From positions 48,337-90,905 of the forward strand of contig CAVKVE010000001.1 of NCBI GenBank assembly GCA_963659655.1: a stretch of DNA of 42,569 bases, read 5' to 3'. The DNA is from Bacteroidaceae bacterium (GTDB taxonomy: Bacteria > Bacteroidota > Bacteroidia > Bacteroidales > Paludibacteraceae). The notes under the pieces are model-generated. The model was not told where the DNA came from and made no database searches. It worked only from the letters and a program-made list of their open reading frames with translations. The position numbers and the translations under genes are program-made. Positions 1 through 10,760 of the stretch are shown here, one piece after another (within the stretch, counting starts at the first letter, position 1; each line of letters opens with the position of its first letter).

Positions 1-147
1 ATACAATTCGAGGTATTCAACCTGGTGGATTGGAAAAATGTGAATTCGTACTTCTGGGTGACAGATGCATACAATCAGTCGTGGGCAAGCCCAAACTACC
101 TGACCGGACGGCGATATAACCTGAAAATAACGGTAGATTTGAAGTAA
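1..147 (+). CDS. 3' end of an outer-membrane beta-barrel gene (TonB-dependent-receptor-like C-terminus), cut by the window edge
   Basis: Frame 1 is open from nt 1 to TAA at 145-147. It reads IQFEVFNLVDWKNVNSYFWVTDAYNQSWASPNYLTGRRYNLKITVDLK*, an aromatic-rich alternating beta-strand pattern typical of receptor C-termini. Only 48 aa are visible. Confidence 0.4.
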   Translation: MQFEVFNLVDWKNVNSYFWVTDAYNQSWASPNYLTGRRYNLKITVDLK

Positions 148-158
148 CAGTCACAAGG

Positions 159-230
159 TTTCCTATGCCGCAAGCGGCAAGAAAAAAGGAATGAAAATAG
201 AATTTCGTTTTCCTCTATTTTTCGGGAGCG
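159..230. repeat. Dispersed intergenic sequence blocks, copy 1 (block A 168-192, block B 209-224)
   Basis: CCGCAAGCGGCAAGAAAAAAGGAAT (168-192) and TTTCCTCTATTTTTCG (209-224) recur almost exactly at 38007-38030 and 37962-37977, in the opposite order. Confidence 0.8.
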
Positions 231-309
231 ACAGCGAACAGAAAAAGTACACATATAGCGACCAAGGGATGCGAACAGGGGAAATGCAACAGGTCAGAGA
301 CCCCGCATG

Positions 310-344
310 TTAATTGTTAATTATTAATTGTTAATTACTAATTG
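310..344. repeat. 5 x 7-bp AATT-core heptad array ending 4 nt before the mutS ATG
   Basis: TTAATTG TTAATTA TTAATTG TTAATTA CTAATTG, then ATCC and the ATG at 349. Confidence 0.9.
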
Positions 345-348
345 ATCC

Positions 349-2982
349 ATGGCAAAAGAGAAGGAACAAGTGACTCCGATGATGAAGCAGTTTCGGGACA
401 TCAAGGCACAATACCCTGATGCGATGCTGCTATTCCGCTGCGGGGACTTCTACGAGACCTACTGCGAAGACGCCGTGCGGGCAAGCAAGATACTCAACAT
501 CACGCTCACACACCGCAGCAATGGTGCGGGAGGCGTCAATCAGATGCAAGAAATGGCGGGGTTCCCCTTCCATGCCTTGGACACCTATCTGCCCAAATTG
601 GTGCGAGCCGGGCTGCGGGTAGCAATATGCGACCAATTGGAAGACCCGAAACTAACCAAGAAGCTCGTCAAACGGGGCGTGACGGAACTCGTAACGCCGG
701 GCGTGAGCTACTCGGACACCACGCTGAGCCAAAAAGAGAACACTTGGGTGGGGTGCCTGCACTACAACAAGCAGACCATCGGTATTGCTTTTCTCGACAT
801 ATCGACCGGCGAATTCCTCGCTGCGGAAGGCACAGACGACTATATTGACAAACTGCTTACGGATTTTGCGCCCAAAGAAGTGCTGTTCCTTCGGGGTAGG
901 AAAGGCGCATTCGAGGAACGATTCGGCAATAAATACTTCACCTTTGAGTTGGAAGACTGGATGCTGACCCCATCGGCGGCGGAAGAGAGGCTGTGCAAAC
1001 TCTGGCAAGTGAAGAACCTGAAAGGATTCGGACTCGAAAAAATGCCCAACGGCGTGGTGGCGGCAGGCGGAATACTGCACTACCTCGACATGACGCAGCA
1101 CCTGCAGACAGGACACATCCAACACCTGAGCCGCATAGAGGAAGAGAAATATGTGTGGCTCGACCGATTCACGGTGCGCAACCTGGAACTGATAGGCGGA
1201 CAGACCGCTGAGAGCAAGACGCTATTCGATGTACTCGACCACACCGTGACACCTATGGGCGGGCGACTGTTGCACCGCTGGATGGCTCTGCCACTGAAAG
1301 ATGTGCGCCCAATACGCAACCGACAGATGGTGGTAGAATACTTTTTCCGCCACCCCGATGAGCGAGAGGCCATCACGGAACAGATAAGCACCATACAAGA
1401 TATGGAGCGCATTGTGAGCAAAATAGCCACCGGGCGGATTGCACCACGCGAGATGTTGCAACTATCGCAAGCACTGCAAGCATTGGTGACCATTCGGGAG
1501 GTGTGTCTGCAGGCGGAGGACAACGAATACCTGCACCTGCTCGGCGAACAGATAGACCTCTGTGAAGCCATGCGGGAGCGTATCTGCCACGATATTCACC
1601 CCACTCCACCCGCTGTGCAGGGGCGTCCGAATGTGATTGCTGACGGTGTGGATAAGGAATTAGACGAGCTACGCGACATACACGCCAACGGAAAAGACTA
1701 CCTGCTGCGCATTCAGCAGCGCGAACAGGAACAGACGGGCATTCAGAGCCTGAAAATCGGCTACAACAATGTGTTCGGCTACTATTTAGAAGTACGCAAC
1801 ACCTACAAGGACCAAGTGCCGCAAGACTGGATCCGCAAGCAGACGCTGGTAAATGCGGAACGATACATCACGCCCGAACTGAAAGAATACGAGGAGCGAA
1901 TCCTCTCCGCCGAGGAACGGATTCAAGTGATTGAGAACCGGCTCTACGGCGAACTGATTGTGGCGCTGTGCGGGTATGTGCCGCAAATGCAGACCGACGC
2001 CAATGTGGTGGCACAATTGGACTGTCTGCTGAGTTTTGCGGCTGCAGCGGCGGAAAATCACTATGTATGCCCCGACATTAACGACGGCCTCGTGATAGAC
2101 ATACGGCAAGGGCGACACCCCGTGATAGAACAACAACTGCCCATAGGCGAGGAATATATTGCGAACGATGTGCTGCTGGACAACAACGGGCAGCAGATCA
2201 TCATCATCACGGGCCCCAACATGGCCGGTAAGTCGGCACTGCTCCGGCAGACGGCACTCATTGTGCTAATGGCGCAGATGGGCTGTTTTGTGCCGGCAGA
2301 GAGCGCAAAAATAGGTATCGTGGACAAGATATTCACCCGCGTGGGGGCGAGCGACAACATCAGCGTGGGCGAATCGACTTTTATGGTGGAAATGAACGAG
2401 GCGGCAAGCATACTGAACAACCTGAGCGAACGCAGCCTCGTGCTATTCGACGAACTCGGGCGAGGCACCTCAACCTACGACGGCATCAGTATCGCCTGGG
2501 CCATCGTGGAATACATCCACGAACAGCGAGGGCACGCCAAGACGCTGTTTGCCACCCACTACCACGAACTCAACGAGATGGAGAAGGCATTCCCGCGCAT
2601 CCATAACTACAATGTGTCGGTGCGGGAAGTGAACGGGAAAGTGATATTCCTGCGCAAATTGGTGCCGGGCGGCTCGGAACATAGTTTCGGTATCCATGTG
2701 GCAGCGTTGGCAGGTATGCCGGAGATAATCGTAGAACGGGCGCAACAGATACTCCGAGAGCTGGAAGGAGAACACAGCAAACAACCTTCGCTCACCCCAA
2801 AAACAGAAGGGGAGAGCCATACGCAGAGCAATGGCGGTATGCAGCTGAGTTTCTTTCAATTAGACGACCCAGTGCTGGAGCAGATACGCGACGAACTGAC
2901 ACGGCTCGACATCAATAGCCTGACACCGTTAGATGCCCTCAACAAACTGAACGAAATAAAGAAATTGGTGGGCGGGAAATAG
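349..2982 (+). CDS. mutS: DNA mismatch repair protein MutS
   Basis: 877-aa ORF. N-terminal mismatch-binding motif [30 protein letters not shown], Walker [16 protein letters not shown] and [12 protein letters not shown]. Confidence 0.97.
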   Translation: MAKEKEQVTPMMKQFRDIKAQYPDAMLLFRCGDFYETYCEDAVRASKILNITLTHRSNGAGGVNQMQEMAGFPFHALDTYLPKLVRAGLRVAICDQLEDPKLTKKLVKRGVTELVTPGVSYSDTTLSQKENTWVGCLHYNKQTIGIAFLDISTGEFLAAEGTDDYIDKLLTDFAPKEVLFLRGRKGAFEERFGNKYFTFELEDWMLTPSAAEERLCKLWQVKNLKGFGLEKMPNGVVAAGGILHYLDMTQHLQTGHIQHLSRIEEEKYVWLDRFTVRNLELIGGQTAESKTLFDVLDHTVTPMGGRLLHRWMALPLKDVRPIRNRQMVVEYFFRHPDEREAITEQISTIQDMERIVSKIATGRIAPREMLQLSQALQALVTIREVCLQAEDNEYLHLLGEQIDLCEAMRERICHDIHPTPPAVQGRPNVIADGVDKELDELRDIHANGKDYLLRIQQREQEQTGIQSLKIGYNNVFGYYLEVRNTYKDQVPQDWIRKQTLVNAERYITPELKEYEERILSAEERIQVIENRLYGELIVALCGYVPQMQTDANVVAQLDCLLSFAAAAAENHYVCPDINDGLVIDIRQGRHPVIEQQLPIGEEYIANDVLLDNNGQQIIIITGPNMAGKSALLRQTALIVLMAQMGCFVPAESAKIGIVDKIFTRVGASDNISVGESTFMVEMNEAASILNNLSERSLVLFDELGRGTSTYDGISIAWAIVEYIHEQRGHAKTLFATHYHELNEMEKAFPRIHNYNVSVREVNGKVIFLRKLVPGGSEHSFGIHVAALAGMPEIIVERAQQILRELEGEHSKQPSLTPKTEGESHTQSNGGMQLSFFQLDDPVLEQIRDELTRLDINSLTPLDALNKLNEIKKLVGGK

Positions 2983-3045
2983 CCGCAAAGAGCCATCTAC
3001 GCCCATCGTAACAGTTGCGCTCGACACGAATCAGAGCATACGACA

Positions 3046-3579
3046 ATGAAAAAATGGATGATTCTATCCGCTGCGCTATGGCTCGTGGCAAGCATGGGCT
3101 ACGCAAAGAAATCAATGGTGGTGACAGACGGCGATATATGCTCGCTGCTCGGTCAAGACACGACCGTTTCGGTGGCGTTCGACTACTCGCACACACGCTG
3201 GGAACAAGAGGAGTCGTACAAAGACTTCTGCGGCGATGACTATCAGGTGCGTGTGGACAACTCGCTCACGACCTTCACGGAAGCCTTCAACCGCACGAGC
3301 AAGACGCTGCGGGCGACCAACTCAGGCGAAGCAGCCTATCGAATGGTAGTGGTTGTGGACAACTTAGAACGCAAGCAGGGCATGGTGATGTGGGGACGGA
3401 TGTACATCCGTGTGACGGGACAGATTCGGGTGTTCGATGCCGCCACCAACGAACCTGTGCTGACCGTAACGGTGCAGAACCTGGCAGGTGACGAGGATTT
3501 CGTGCCAAACGACCGACTGAACAAATGCTTCGACAAGCTCGCCACACAGCTTGTGGCATTGGGAAAGAAGTGCAAGTAA
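3046..3579 (+). CDS. Hypothetical secreted protein or lipoprotein
   Basis: 177-aa ORF with signal peptide MKKWMILSAALWLVASMGYA. It is followed by a strong terminator. I recognise no family. Confidence 0.6.
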   Translation: MKKWMILSAALWLVASMGYAKKSMVVTDGDICSLLGQDTTVSVAFDYSHTRWEQEESYKDFCGDDYQVRVDNSLTTFTEAFNRTSKTLRATNSGEAAYRMVVVVDNLERKQGMVMWGRMYIRVTGQIRVFDAATNEPVLTVTVQNLAGDEDFVPNDRLNKCFDKLATQLVALGKKCK

Positions 3580-3598
3580 GCGAACATTACGCAAAAGA

Positions 3599-3634
3599 AA
3601 AGTCCGTATCGCTTTGGCGGTACGGACTTTTTTT
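3599..3634. terminator. Rho-independent terminator between convergent genes (bidirectional)
   Basis: Perfect 10-bp stem AAAGTCCGTA / TACGGACTTT with a 12-nt loop. The right arm runs into a T-run (3628-3634), and A-rich sequence sits on the other side. Confidence 0.7.
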
Positions 3635-3703
3635 ATGTTTCAATGCGTATGAATAGGCTCGAATAGGTAGCTGATTTTTGGAACCTACATAAAAGGCTTG
3701 GCG

Positions 3704-4384
3704 TTATTCTTCGCCCAACAGGTCAGGGCGACGCTCACGAGTGTGACGGATAGACTCCTCGTACAGCCACTCCTCGATTTTCGCCTGATTGCCGGAGATA
3801 AGGATGTCCGGCACACGCCAACCCTTGTATTCCGCAGGGCGGGTATAAACCCCCGGCTCCAACAGACCATCCTGGAACGAATCGTTGAGCGCACTCTCCA
3901 CATCGCCCAGCGCACCCGGCAGCAGGCGCACAATAGCGTCCGTCATAATGGCAGCGGGCATCTCGCCACCCGTCAGCACAAAATCGCCGATGGTATATTC
4001 CTTCGTAATCAGATGGTCACGCACACGCTGATCAACACCCTTGTAATGGCCGCAAAGAATAATGATATTCTCTTTCAGCGACAACGCATTCGCCTCACGC
4101 TGCGTGAAGCGTTCGCCGTCTGGAGCGGTAAAGATAATCTCATCGTAGTGGCGCTCGGAGGTCAGCTTGGTAATGACACGGTCGATAGGCTCAATCTGCA
4201 GCACCATACCTGCGCCAAAACCGAATGCATAATCATCCACCTTGCGGTGCTTGTCGAGCGTGTAATCACGCAGGTTATGCACATAGATTTCAGCCAGCCC
4301 TTTGTCTTTGGCTCGCTGCACAATGGAATGATTCAGAGGCGATTCCAATAGTTCGGGACACGCAGATAGGATGTCAATACGCAT
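3704..4384 (-). CDS. trmD: tRNA (guanine37-N1)-methyltransferase TrmD
   Basis: 226 aa: [29 protein letters not shown]...[16 protein letters not shown]...[14 protein letters not shown]...[10 protein letters not shown], the canonical TrmD layout. Confidence 0.95.
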   Translation of the reverse strand: MRIDILSACPELLESPLNHSIVQRAKDKGLAEIYVHNLRDYTLDKHRKVDDYAFGFGAGMVLQIEPIDRVITKLTSERHYDEIIFTAPDGERFTQREANALSLKENIIILCGHYKGVDQRVRDHLITKEYTIGDFVLTGGEMPAAIMTDAIVRLLPGALGDVESALNDSFQDGLLEPGVYTRPAEYKGWRVPDILISGNQAKIEEWLYEESIRHTRERRPDLLGEE

Positions 4385-4390
4385 GAGTGC

Positions 4391-4420
4391 TAATGAGGAA
4401 TTATGAATTACGAATTAAGC
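4391..4420. repeat. AATT-core heptad array just upstream of the trmD start (- strand)
   Basis: AATT at 4399, 4406 and 4413 (GAATTAT GAATTAC GAATTAA), with a degenerate unit at 4391-4397. Confidence 0.75.
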
Positions 4421-4446
4421 AATAAGAATGGTATGCATAGGGAACA

Positions 4447-4686
4447 CTATGGTACCGGGTCGTAGCCGGAGCCACCCCACGGATTGCACCGCAGAATCCG
4501 CTTGATACCGAGCCAAGTGCCCTTGAAAATGCCGTACTTCATCACCGCCTCCACCATATACTGGCTGCAGGTCGGCGTGTAGCGGCACGAGGGCGGCGTC
4601 AGCGGCGATATGCAATACCGATAGAAATAGACCGGCAAAAGAAAGAGCTTGCGCAGGAATTTTCTCATGGGTTCGTAGGGATTCAA
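4447..4686 (-). CDS. yidD: Membrane protein insertion efficiency factor YidD
   Basis: 79 aa with [54 protein letters not shown]. Its start overlaps the rnpA stop by 4 nt. Confidence 0.9.
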   Translation of the reverse strand: MNPYEPMRKFLRKLFLLPVYFYRYCISPLTPPSCRYTPTCSQYMVEAVMKYGIFKGTWLGIKRILRCNPWGGSGYDPVP

Positions 4687-5108
4687 AGGGTTGGTGTCGG
4701 GGTATCGTTGCGGGTGGGTTGGGTCGTTTCAGCGGGTTGGTTCGGGAGTGGTAAGGCAGCCAGCTTGAGCAGAGCCTTGCGCATGGCTTTCTCTATCACG
4801 GCATAGTCCTGCTTCTGCTTGTCCATATAGTTGAACGCCACCTGATAGGTGCGACCGCCCAACAAGTGCTTCTGCAGCCGATACGCCTCACGCATCTGCC
4901 GACGAAGCCGATTGCGATCCACCGCGTGCTTGAACAGCGATTTGGGCGCCCAAATAAGCACCTCCGTAGGCTCAGACGACGGGATATAGGTCACCCTTAG
5001 CGGCCATACGACAAAGCGTTTGCCCGTCTTGTAGAGCGCATCCACTCTGAGCTTTCCGCAGAGTTTCTCGCATTTCGGAAATATGTGCCTCGGGGTGTCC
5101 AAATTCAC
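4683..5108 (-). CDS. rnpA: Ribonuclease P protein component RnpA (start inferred)
   Basis: The C-terminal 140 aa of the 4683..5354 ORF read [32 protein letters not shown]...[13 protein letters not shown]. The ORF-track start would overlap the hemD-like gene by 240 nt. GTG at 5108-5106 lies just after the hemD-like stop (5114-5116) and is the first plausible start. Confidence 0.8.
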   Translation of the reverse strand: MNLDTPRHIFPKCEKLCGKLRVDALYKTGKRFVVWPLRVTYIPSSEPTEVLIWAPKSLFKHAVDRNRLRRQMREAYRLQKHLLGGRTYQVAFNYMDKQKQDYAVIEKAMRKALLKLAALPLPNQPAETTQPTRNDTPTPTL

Positions 5109-5113
5109 ACGGA

Positions 5114-5854
5114 TTACTGGTTGTGCTTGCTCAAATAGTCGTCGATGGCGGCGGGAATGGAGCGGAACTCGGGCGAGGGCACCTGAATATCGGCGTGCAT
5201 ACCCAGCTCCTCCAACGCCTGCGCCGTATTTGCGCCAAAAGCGGCCATCACCGTGTCGCCCTGCTCGAAATTCGGGAAGTTCTCGCGAATCGATTTGGCA
5301 CCGGCGGGGGTGAAGAGCGCAATCATATCGTAGTCGAATGCATCCTCGCCCCATTGGGTCGAAACGGTGCGGTACATCACGGCGGGCTTCACCTCAATCT
5401 TGTTTTTGGCGAACATATCCAATTGGTCGGTGTTGTGAATATCCGACAGCACCATCAGATACTTCTCGGTCGGGCGACGATTCATGGTCGGCAGCAAGTC
5501 CTCAAAACGATTGTTGGTGCTGAAAAACACGCGACGCTTGCGGTAGTCGATGTATTTTTGCAGGTAGTTGCCCACCGACTCGGAGATGCAGTAGTAGTGC
5601 ATCGTTTCCGGCACGGTCAGGCGCATCTCCTCGCAGAGGCGAAAAAAATGGTCGGCCGCCAACTTAGAGTTCAAAATGATAGCGGTGTAGTCGGTCGGCG
5701 TGATGTGCTGCTGACGGAATTCCCGCGCATTCAGCCCCTCGATATGGATGAGCTGACGAAAATCGAAAGTTACCCCATATTCCTCCTCCATTTCGGAGTA
5801 GGGATTGCGCTCTGTGGCAGGGCGCGGCTGAGAAATAAGAATCTTTTTTATCAT
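5114..5854 (-). CDS. Uroporphyrinogen-III synthase (HemD) family protein
   Basis: 246 aa starting MIKKILISQPRPATERNPYSEMEEEYGVTFDFRQLIHIEG. By recall, this matches the HemD-like protein found upstream of rnpA in Bacteroidales. Confidence 0.75.
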   Translation of the reverse strand: MIKKILISQPRPATERNPYSEMEEEYGVTFDFRQLIHIEGLNAREFRQQHITPTDYTAIILNSKLAADHFFRLCEEMRLTVPETMHYYCISESVGNYLQKYIDYRKRRVFFSTNNRFEDLLPTMNRRPTEKYLMVLSDIHNTDQLDMFAKNKIEVKPAVMYRTVSTQWGEDAFDYDMIALFTPAGAKSIRENFPNFEQGDTVMAAFGANTAQALEELGMHADIQVPSPEFRSIPAAIDDYLSKHNQ

Positions 5855-5893
5855 AGAATAGTATATTTATCGATTGAATATCAGCGCATAGCG

Positions 5894-6583
5894 TCATACA
5901 ATAATCGCTGCGCACACGGCTATCGCCACTATCGGCAGCACCTCCAGCGTCAGCACATAGAGCAGGATGTAGAGCAACGAGGCCGGCCCGGAATAGAACA
6001 CGCGCACCCATTTGAACAGTATCAGCAGTATCGCCACACCGCACCATACGATGGTGCTCCAGAAAACGACGGCAGTGTTATCCACCGGAATAAGCAGGAG
6101 CAGCATCACAAAAAAACCGGAGCAAATAACCGTCCAAAGACTATCGTAGTGCATCGTGATCAGCGCAAAACGACGACTGATTTGGAAGGTATAATTCACC
6201 CACAGCGTCAGCAGATATTTCAGCGTATCCACCCCAAAAACCACCAGCAGCACGAGCAGATACTTGCTAAACCGAAATTCCTGATCGGACACAAACTCCA
6301 CCTGCCAATGCCCCACCTGCAACATTCCGCCCACATAGCAGAATAGATACACCGCCAACGCAAAAGTCCCCATGCGGAACAGATTGATACACAGCTGCCC
6401 CATGGCGTTGCGGTGCGGGTCGTGATAGGTGCGTTCCACTTTTTGGAACACCATGGCAAACGACCCCAACAGCACACCGGGCTGTATCAGCTCCGACAGC
6501 ACACCGAGCAACAGCAGCCCGAGCAGTGTCCAACTCACCCACGGAGCGGTTTCGGGCGACAATATGTGCGGAACAAAAGGCAT
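5894..6583 (-). CDS. Polytopic membrane protein (DUF4271-like)
   Basis: 229 aa with about 6 hydrophobic spans. The start overlaps the U32 peptidase stop by 1 nt (TGATG). The DUF4271 label rests on recalled synteny with hemD-like genes. Confidence 0.6.
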   Translation of the reverse strand: MPFVPHILSPETAPWVSWTLLGLLLLGVLSELIQPGVLLGSFAMVFQKVERTYHDPHRNAMGQLCINLFRMGTFALAVYLFCYVGGMLQVGHWQVEFVSDQEFRFSKYLLVLLVVFGVDTLKYLLTLWVNYTFQISRRFALITMHYDSLWTVICSGFFVMLLLLIPVDNTAVVFWSTIVWCGVAILLILFKWVRVFYSGPASLLYILLYVLTLEVLPIVAIAVCAAIIV

Positions 6584-7851
6584 CAGTCGGTCGGCTGCAT
6601 GATATATAGTTTATCTCCCCGATGGAGTATTTTTTCTGTTTTCAGCGAGAAATAAGCCCCCTTGCGTATCTCCGTTTTCGGCTCTCCTTTGGCGTTGCGC
6701 AGGTCGTGTGCCACGCATTCGTAAGCCCCTGTCGTCTCGCCCGTCACGAGCAGTTCATCCCCTTCGCATACCTTCTCGGTGGCCTCCACGAAGAATTCCG
6801 CCACCCCGATATTCTTAAAGTAATTGGTACATTTGCCCACATACACCTTCTTGCGGGTGGCACGGCTACCGTAGGTGTGTGTCCATTCGCCCAATCGTTG
6901 CCCCTGATAGTATCCGTCCCAGAATCCACGGTTGAACACACGCGCCAGCCGATTGTTCCAGTCCTCTATTTTCGGCAGAATTATCGCATCGTCGTTGTAC
7001 TCGCCTGCTTGCCAAGCCTCTACGGCCTCTCTGTAGCATGACACCACTGTCTGCACATATTCCGCCCCACGCGCACGCCCCTCAATCTTCAGCACCCGCA
7101 CACCGGCATCGAGCATCTTGTTTAGGAAGTGAATGGTTTTCAGGTCTTTAGGCGACATGATGTATTGGTTATCCACCTCCAGTTCCAGCTCCGATTCTTT
7201 GTCTTTTACGATATAGCCCCGCCGGCACACCTGCATGCAGGCACCTCGATTCGCGCTGTAGCCGAGGTTGTTCAGGCTCAGATAGCACTTGCCCGACACC
7301 GCCATGCAGAGCGCTCCGTGACAGAACATCTCGATACGCATCAGCTCGCCATGCGGCCCCGTGATGTGTTGTTCCACAATGTCACGATGTATCGATGCCA
7401 CCTGCTCCATATTCAGCTCACGCGCCAGCACCACCACATCGGCAAACTGCGCATAGAATCGCAGCGCCTCGGTGTTGGCAATGTTCAGTTGGGTCGATAG
7501 ATGCACCTCCACGCCCACCGACACGGCGTATTGCAGCACGGCAATATCGCTCGCAATAATGGCATCCAACCCCGCTGCTTTGGCGTTATCCACAATGGTT
7601 CGCATCAGCGGCAGGTCTTCGGGGTACATCACCGTGTTGAGCGTCAGATAGGTTTTCACGCCTGCCTCGCGGCAAACGGCGACTATCTTGTGCAGGTCTT
7701 CGGTTGTGAAGTTGGCCGACGACCGAGCGCGCATATTCAGGTACTCGATGCCGAAATATACGCTTGTCGCACCCGCCTCAATGGCAGCAGTCAGCGACTC
7801 CCAGCACCCTACGGGCGCCATTATCTCTATATGTTGATTTTCGTTTTGCAC
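6583..7851 (-). CDS. Peptidase U32 family protein (PrtC/collagenase-like)
   Basis: 422 aa: IEIMAPVGCWESLTAAIEAGATSVYFGIEYLNMRARS...YLTLNTVMYPEDL...CHGALCMAVSGKCYLS, typical of U32. Confidence 0.9.
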   Translation of the reverse strand: MQNENQHIEIMAPVGCWESLTAAIEAGATSVYFGIEYLNMRARSSANFTTEDLHKIVAVCREAGVKTYLTLNTVMYPEDLPLMRTIVDNAKAAGLDAIIASDIAVLQYAVSVGVEVHLSTQLNIANTEALRFYAQFADVVVLARELNMEQVASIHRDIVEQHITGPHGELMRIEMFCHGALCMAVSGKCYLSLNNLGYSANRGACMQVCRRGYIVKDKESELELEVDNQYIMSPKDLKTIHFLNKMLDAGVRVLKIEGRARGAEYVQTVVSCYREAVEAWQAGEYNDDAIILPKIEDWNNRLARVFNRGFWDGYYQGQRLGEWTHTYGSRATRKKVYVGKCTNYFKNIGVAEFFVEATEKVCEGDELLVTGETTGAYECVAHDLRNAKGEPKTEIRKGAYFSLKTEKILHRGDKLYIMQPTD

Positions 7852-7900
7852 GTTTGGAAGGGCTTATGCCCGGATTTAGAGGGACTTTCCCTGTTTAGGT

Positions 7901-8899
7901 CTATTGTTGCAGCAGATATTCGGCTATCTGCACGGCGTTCAGTGCCGCCCCTTTGCGTATTTGGTCGCTCACGCACCAGAAAGTCAGCCCGTTCGGACAG
8001 GTCAGGTCGTTGCGCACACGCCCGACAAACACCTCATCTCGTCCGCTCAAGAACAGCGGCATGGGGTAGGTTTTGCTTTGCGGGTCATCCATCAGCACGC
8101 ACCCTTTGGCGGCAGCAAACGCCTGTTTGGCCTCAGCCGCCGAAACGGGCTTTTCGGTCTCTATCCAGACGCTCTCCGAGTGGGCCCGCAGCGAGGGCAC
8201 GCGCACACAGGTGGCAGACACAGCGATGTCCGAGTGCATAATCTTGCGCGTCTCGTTATACATCTTCATCTCCTCCTTGGTGTAGTCGTTGTCCGTGAAT
8301 ACATCCACCTGCGGTATCATGTTGAATGCCAGCTGATACGGAAATTTCTCCACCGTCACCTTTTCGCCGTTCAGCGCTTGCCGATATTGTGTTTCCAGCT
8401 CTCTCATGGCTTGTGCGCCGGCACCGCTTGCTGCCTGATAGGTAGCCACATGCACACGCCGTATGTGGCTGATAGCCTCAATGGCTTGCAGCGCCACCAC
8501 CATCTGAATCGTGGTGCAGTTGGGGTTGGCAATGATGTTCCGTGGGCGTACCAAGGCATCGGCAGCATTCACTTCCGGCACCACCAAGGGCACATCCGTG
8601 TCCATGCGAAATGCCGACGAGTTGTCTATCAGCACCGCGCCGTAGCGTGTGATGTCCTCCGCATATTCTTTCGATACGGAAGCACCCGCCGAGGCAAAAG
8701 CAATATCCACGCCTCGGAAGGCATCTCCATGCTCCAACAGCTGCACTTTGTGCGGTTGGGCACGGAAAACATATTCGGTTCCGGCACTACGGGCGGAACC
8801 GAATAATCGAAGTTCGGTAATGGGAAATTGGCGCTCATCGAGTACTTTGAGCAATTCTTGTCCAACGGCACCGGAGGCGCCAACTATCGCAACTACCAT
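7901..8899 (-). CDS. asd: Aspartate-semialdehyde dehydrogenase
   Basis: 332 aa. NAD(P)-binding motif [10 protein letters not shown], active-site region [16 protein letters not shown], and SGAG. Confidence 0.95.
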   Translation of the reverse strand: MVVAIVGASGAVGQELLKVLDERQFPITELRLFGSARSAGTEYVFRAQPHKVQLLEHGDAFRGVDIAFASAGASVSKEYAEDITRYGAVLIDNSSAFRMDTDVPLVVPEVNAADALVRPRNIIANPNCTTIQMVVALQAIEAISHIRRVHVATYQAASGAGAQAMRELETQYRQALNGEKVTVEKFPYQLAFNMIPQVDVFTDNDYTKEEMKMYNETRKIMHSDIAVSATCVRVPSLRAHSESVWIETEKPVSAAEAKQAFAAAKGCVLMDDPQSKTYPMPLFLSGRDEVFVGRVRNDLTCPNGLTFWCVSDQIRKGAALNAVQIAEYLLQQ

Positions 8900-8970
8900 A
8901 TTTTTATGTTTTGGAAGTTCGAGAGAGCCTACCTCCGCAAAAGAGGCAGGCTCCCATGGTGAGTAGTCAA

Positions 8971-9168
8971 TTATTGCAGTGCAATAATCGTGTCAGCCTC
9001 AGCCTCCGTGAAGGAGATTTTTCCTTCGCGAGCCAACCAGCCGAGAGCCAGGTTCAATTCAGCTTCTTTGAGTTTGGTTGCTTTTTTCAAAGCCTTCGTG
9101 GTGAGAGCACCGCCTTGCAGTGCATTCCAGATCAGTCCTGCGTTCTCACCGATTTTTGCTGTAATCAT
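8971..9168 (-). CDS. Small winged-helix protein (DUF2582-like)
   Basis: 65 aa: [53 protein letters not shown]. The family assignment is from recall. Confidence 0.55.
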   Translation of the reverse strand: MITAKIGENAGLIWNALQGGALTTKALKKATKLKEAELNLALGWLAREGKISFTEAEADTIIALQ

Positions 9169-9229
9169 ACGACAAAATAGGTTTGTTAGTGAATAATTGT
9201 GGATTGTTAGTAGTGTATGGGGATGAGGG

Positions 9230-10489
9230 TTACTCCTCCCATTTCTTAAATGCCAAACAAGCGTTGTGTCCGCCGAATCCGAAGGTATTGCTCAGCGCAT
9301 AGCGGATGTTGCGGTGTTGTGCTTGTCCAAATGTAAAGTTCCAACTATAATCTATGTTCGGGTCCTCGTCAGCGGGGTCGTGGTTGATGGTCGGTGGCAC
9401 GATTCCGTAGTGCAGTGCCAGCACGGTGGCGATGGCTTCTGCTGCTCCTGTTGCGCCTACCAGGTGTCCCGTCATCGATTTGGTCGAGTCTATATTCAGC
9501 GTGGCTGCATGCTCGCCGAATACGGCTTTTATGGCCTTCAGTTCCGCCAAGTCGCCCAGCGGGGTCGAGGTTCCGTGCGTATTGATGTAGTCGATAGCCG
9601 TCGGCTCTACGCCTGCATCGGCAATCGCCATTTGCATTACTCGGCGTGCCCCGTCGCCTTCCGGGTCGGGTGCGGTGATGTGGAATGCATCCGATGTCAT
9701 CCCTTGCCCCACCATCTCCGCATATATTTTTGCGCCACGCGCTTTGGCGTGTTCCAGCTCTTCGAGTACCAAGCAGCCGGCGCCTTCGCCCAACACAAAA
9801 CCATCTCGTGAGGCAGAGAAAGGTCGGCAAGCCGTTTCGGGCGAATCGTTTCGGGTCGATAGGGCGTGCATTGCATTGAATCCGCCTATGCCTGAGTAGG
9901 TAATATCTGCGTCAGCGCCGCCCGTCAGCAACACATCGGCGTGTCCCAATCGTATTTGGTCAAACGCTTGAGCGATGGCGTGCGAGGACGATGAGCAGGC
10001 GGATGATACGGCATAGCTTTGTCCCTTCAGCCCAAAGTGGAGCGATATGTTTCCTGCCCCTATGCTAAGGATCACTTTCGGTATGTAGAACGGACTGAAA
10101 TAGGGTGTTCCGTCGCCGCGTGAGAACTCGCCCCATTCGTTTTCGAAGGTCTTCAGTCCTCCCATTCCGCTTCCCCATATTACGCCCATGCGTTCACGGT
10201 TTTCTGCCTCCATGTCGAGCCCTGAGTTTTCAATGGCTTCTTTGGCGACCCATACCGAGAATTGCGCATATCGGTCGTATTTGCGAATCTCTTTGCGGTC
10301 AAATAGGCTGCTTGCGTCAAATCCCTTGACTTCGGCAGCAAAGTGTGTCTTGCAGCGGCTTGCGTCAAATTGGGTGATGTTTCCCACCCCGTTTTTTCCG
10401 GCCACCAGTGCGTCCCAATATTCGGGTACGGTGTTTCCGATAGGCGTCAGTGCGCCCAGTCCGGTCACTACTACTCGTTTCAGTTCCAT
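9230..10489 (-). CDS. fabF: 3-oxoacyl-ACP synthase II
   Basis: 419 aa. Active-site Cys in VSSACSSSSHAI, plus NTHGTSTPLGD and SNTFGFGGHNACL. Confidence 0.95.
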   Translation of the reverse strand: MELKRVVVTGLGALTPIGNTVPEYWDALVAGKNGVGNITQFDASRCKTHFAAEVKGFDASSLFDRKEIRKYDRYAQFSVWVAKEAIENSGLDMEAENRERMGVIWGSGMGGLKTFENEWGEFSRGDGTPYFSPFYIPKVILSIGAGNISLHFGLKGQSYAVSSACSSSSHAIAQAFDQIRLGHADVLLTGGADADITYSGIGGFNAMHALSTRNDSPETACRPFSASRDGFVLGEGAGCLVLEELEHAKARGAKIYAEMVGQGMTSDAFHITAPDPEGDGARRVMQMAIADAGVEPTAIDYINTHGTSTPLGDLAELKAIKAVFGEHAATLNIDSTKSMTGHLVGATGAAEAIATVLALHYGIVPPTINHDPADEDPNIDYSWNFTFGQAQHRNIRYALSNTFGFGGHNACLAFKKWEE

Positions 10490-10760
10490 TCCTGTCCCTT
10501 TTCCGGTTCTTCCTCTTTTTTAGTCTTTTTTTCGGTCGTTTCAGCCCTGTCATTTTGTAGCGTATTTGCCTATGGAACAGCCTATTACCGATGGAATACA
10601 CCGACTGATTTTTCTTTCTCTTGGTTGGTATATTTTCCTTTTCGTACGCCCAAAAGTCGGCTTTTTCGTGCGTCTTTTGTCGTACACTTATATATATAGT
10701 TTACGAGCCTACAGTTTTCCCGTACGCTCGTAAATTACGTGTCTTTTTTTGATCGGCAAC

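Noticed and set aside
5109-5354. N-terminal extension of the rnpA ORF (track start 5354)
   Set aside because: It would overlap the 3' end of the hemD-like gene by about 240 nt, and it encodes an Arg/Gly-rich sequence unrelated to RnpA. GTG at 5108 gives a normal-length protein.
5123-6346. 407-aa + strand ORF, and similar long antisense ORFs: 3698..4351 +, 7904..8806 +, 13828..14844 -, 14878..16044 -, 17451..18425 -, 21077..22273 -, 22753..23718 +, 28620..30197 +, 31320..32216 +, 32491..33219 +
   Set aside because: Each lies entirely opposite a gene with a confident family assignment. Their compositions are biased (Arg/His/Gly/Val-rich, low complexity), as expected for shadow frames in roughly 52% G+C DNA.
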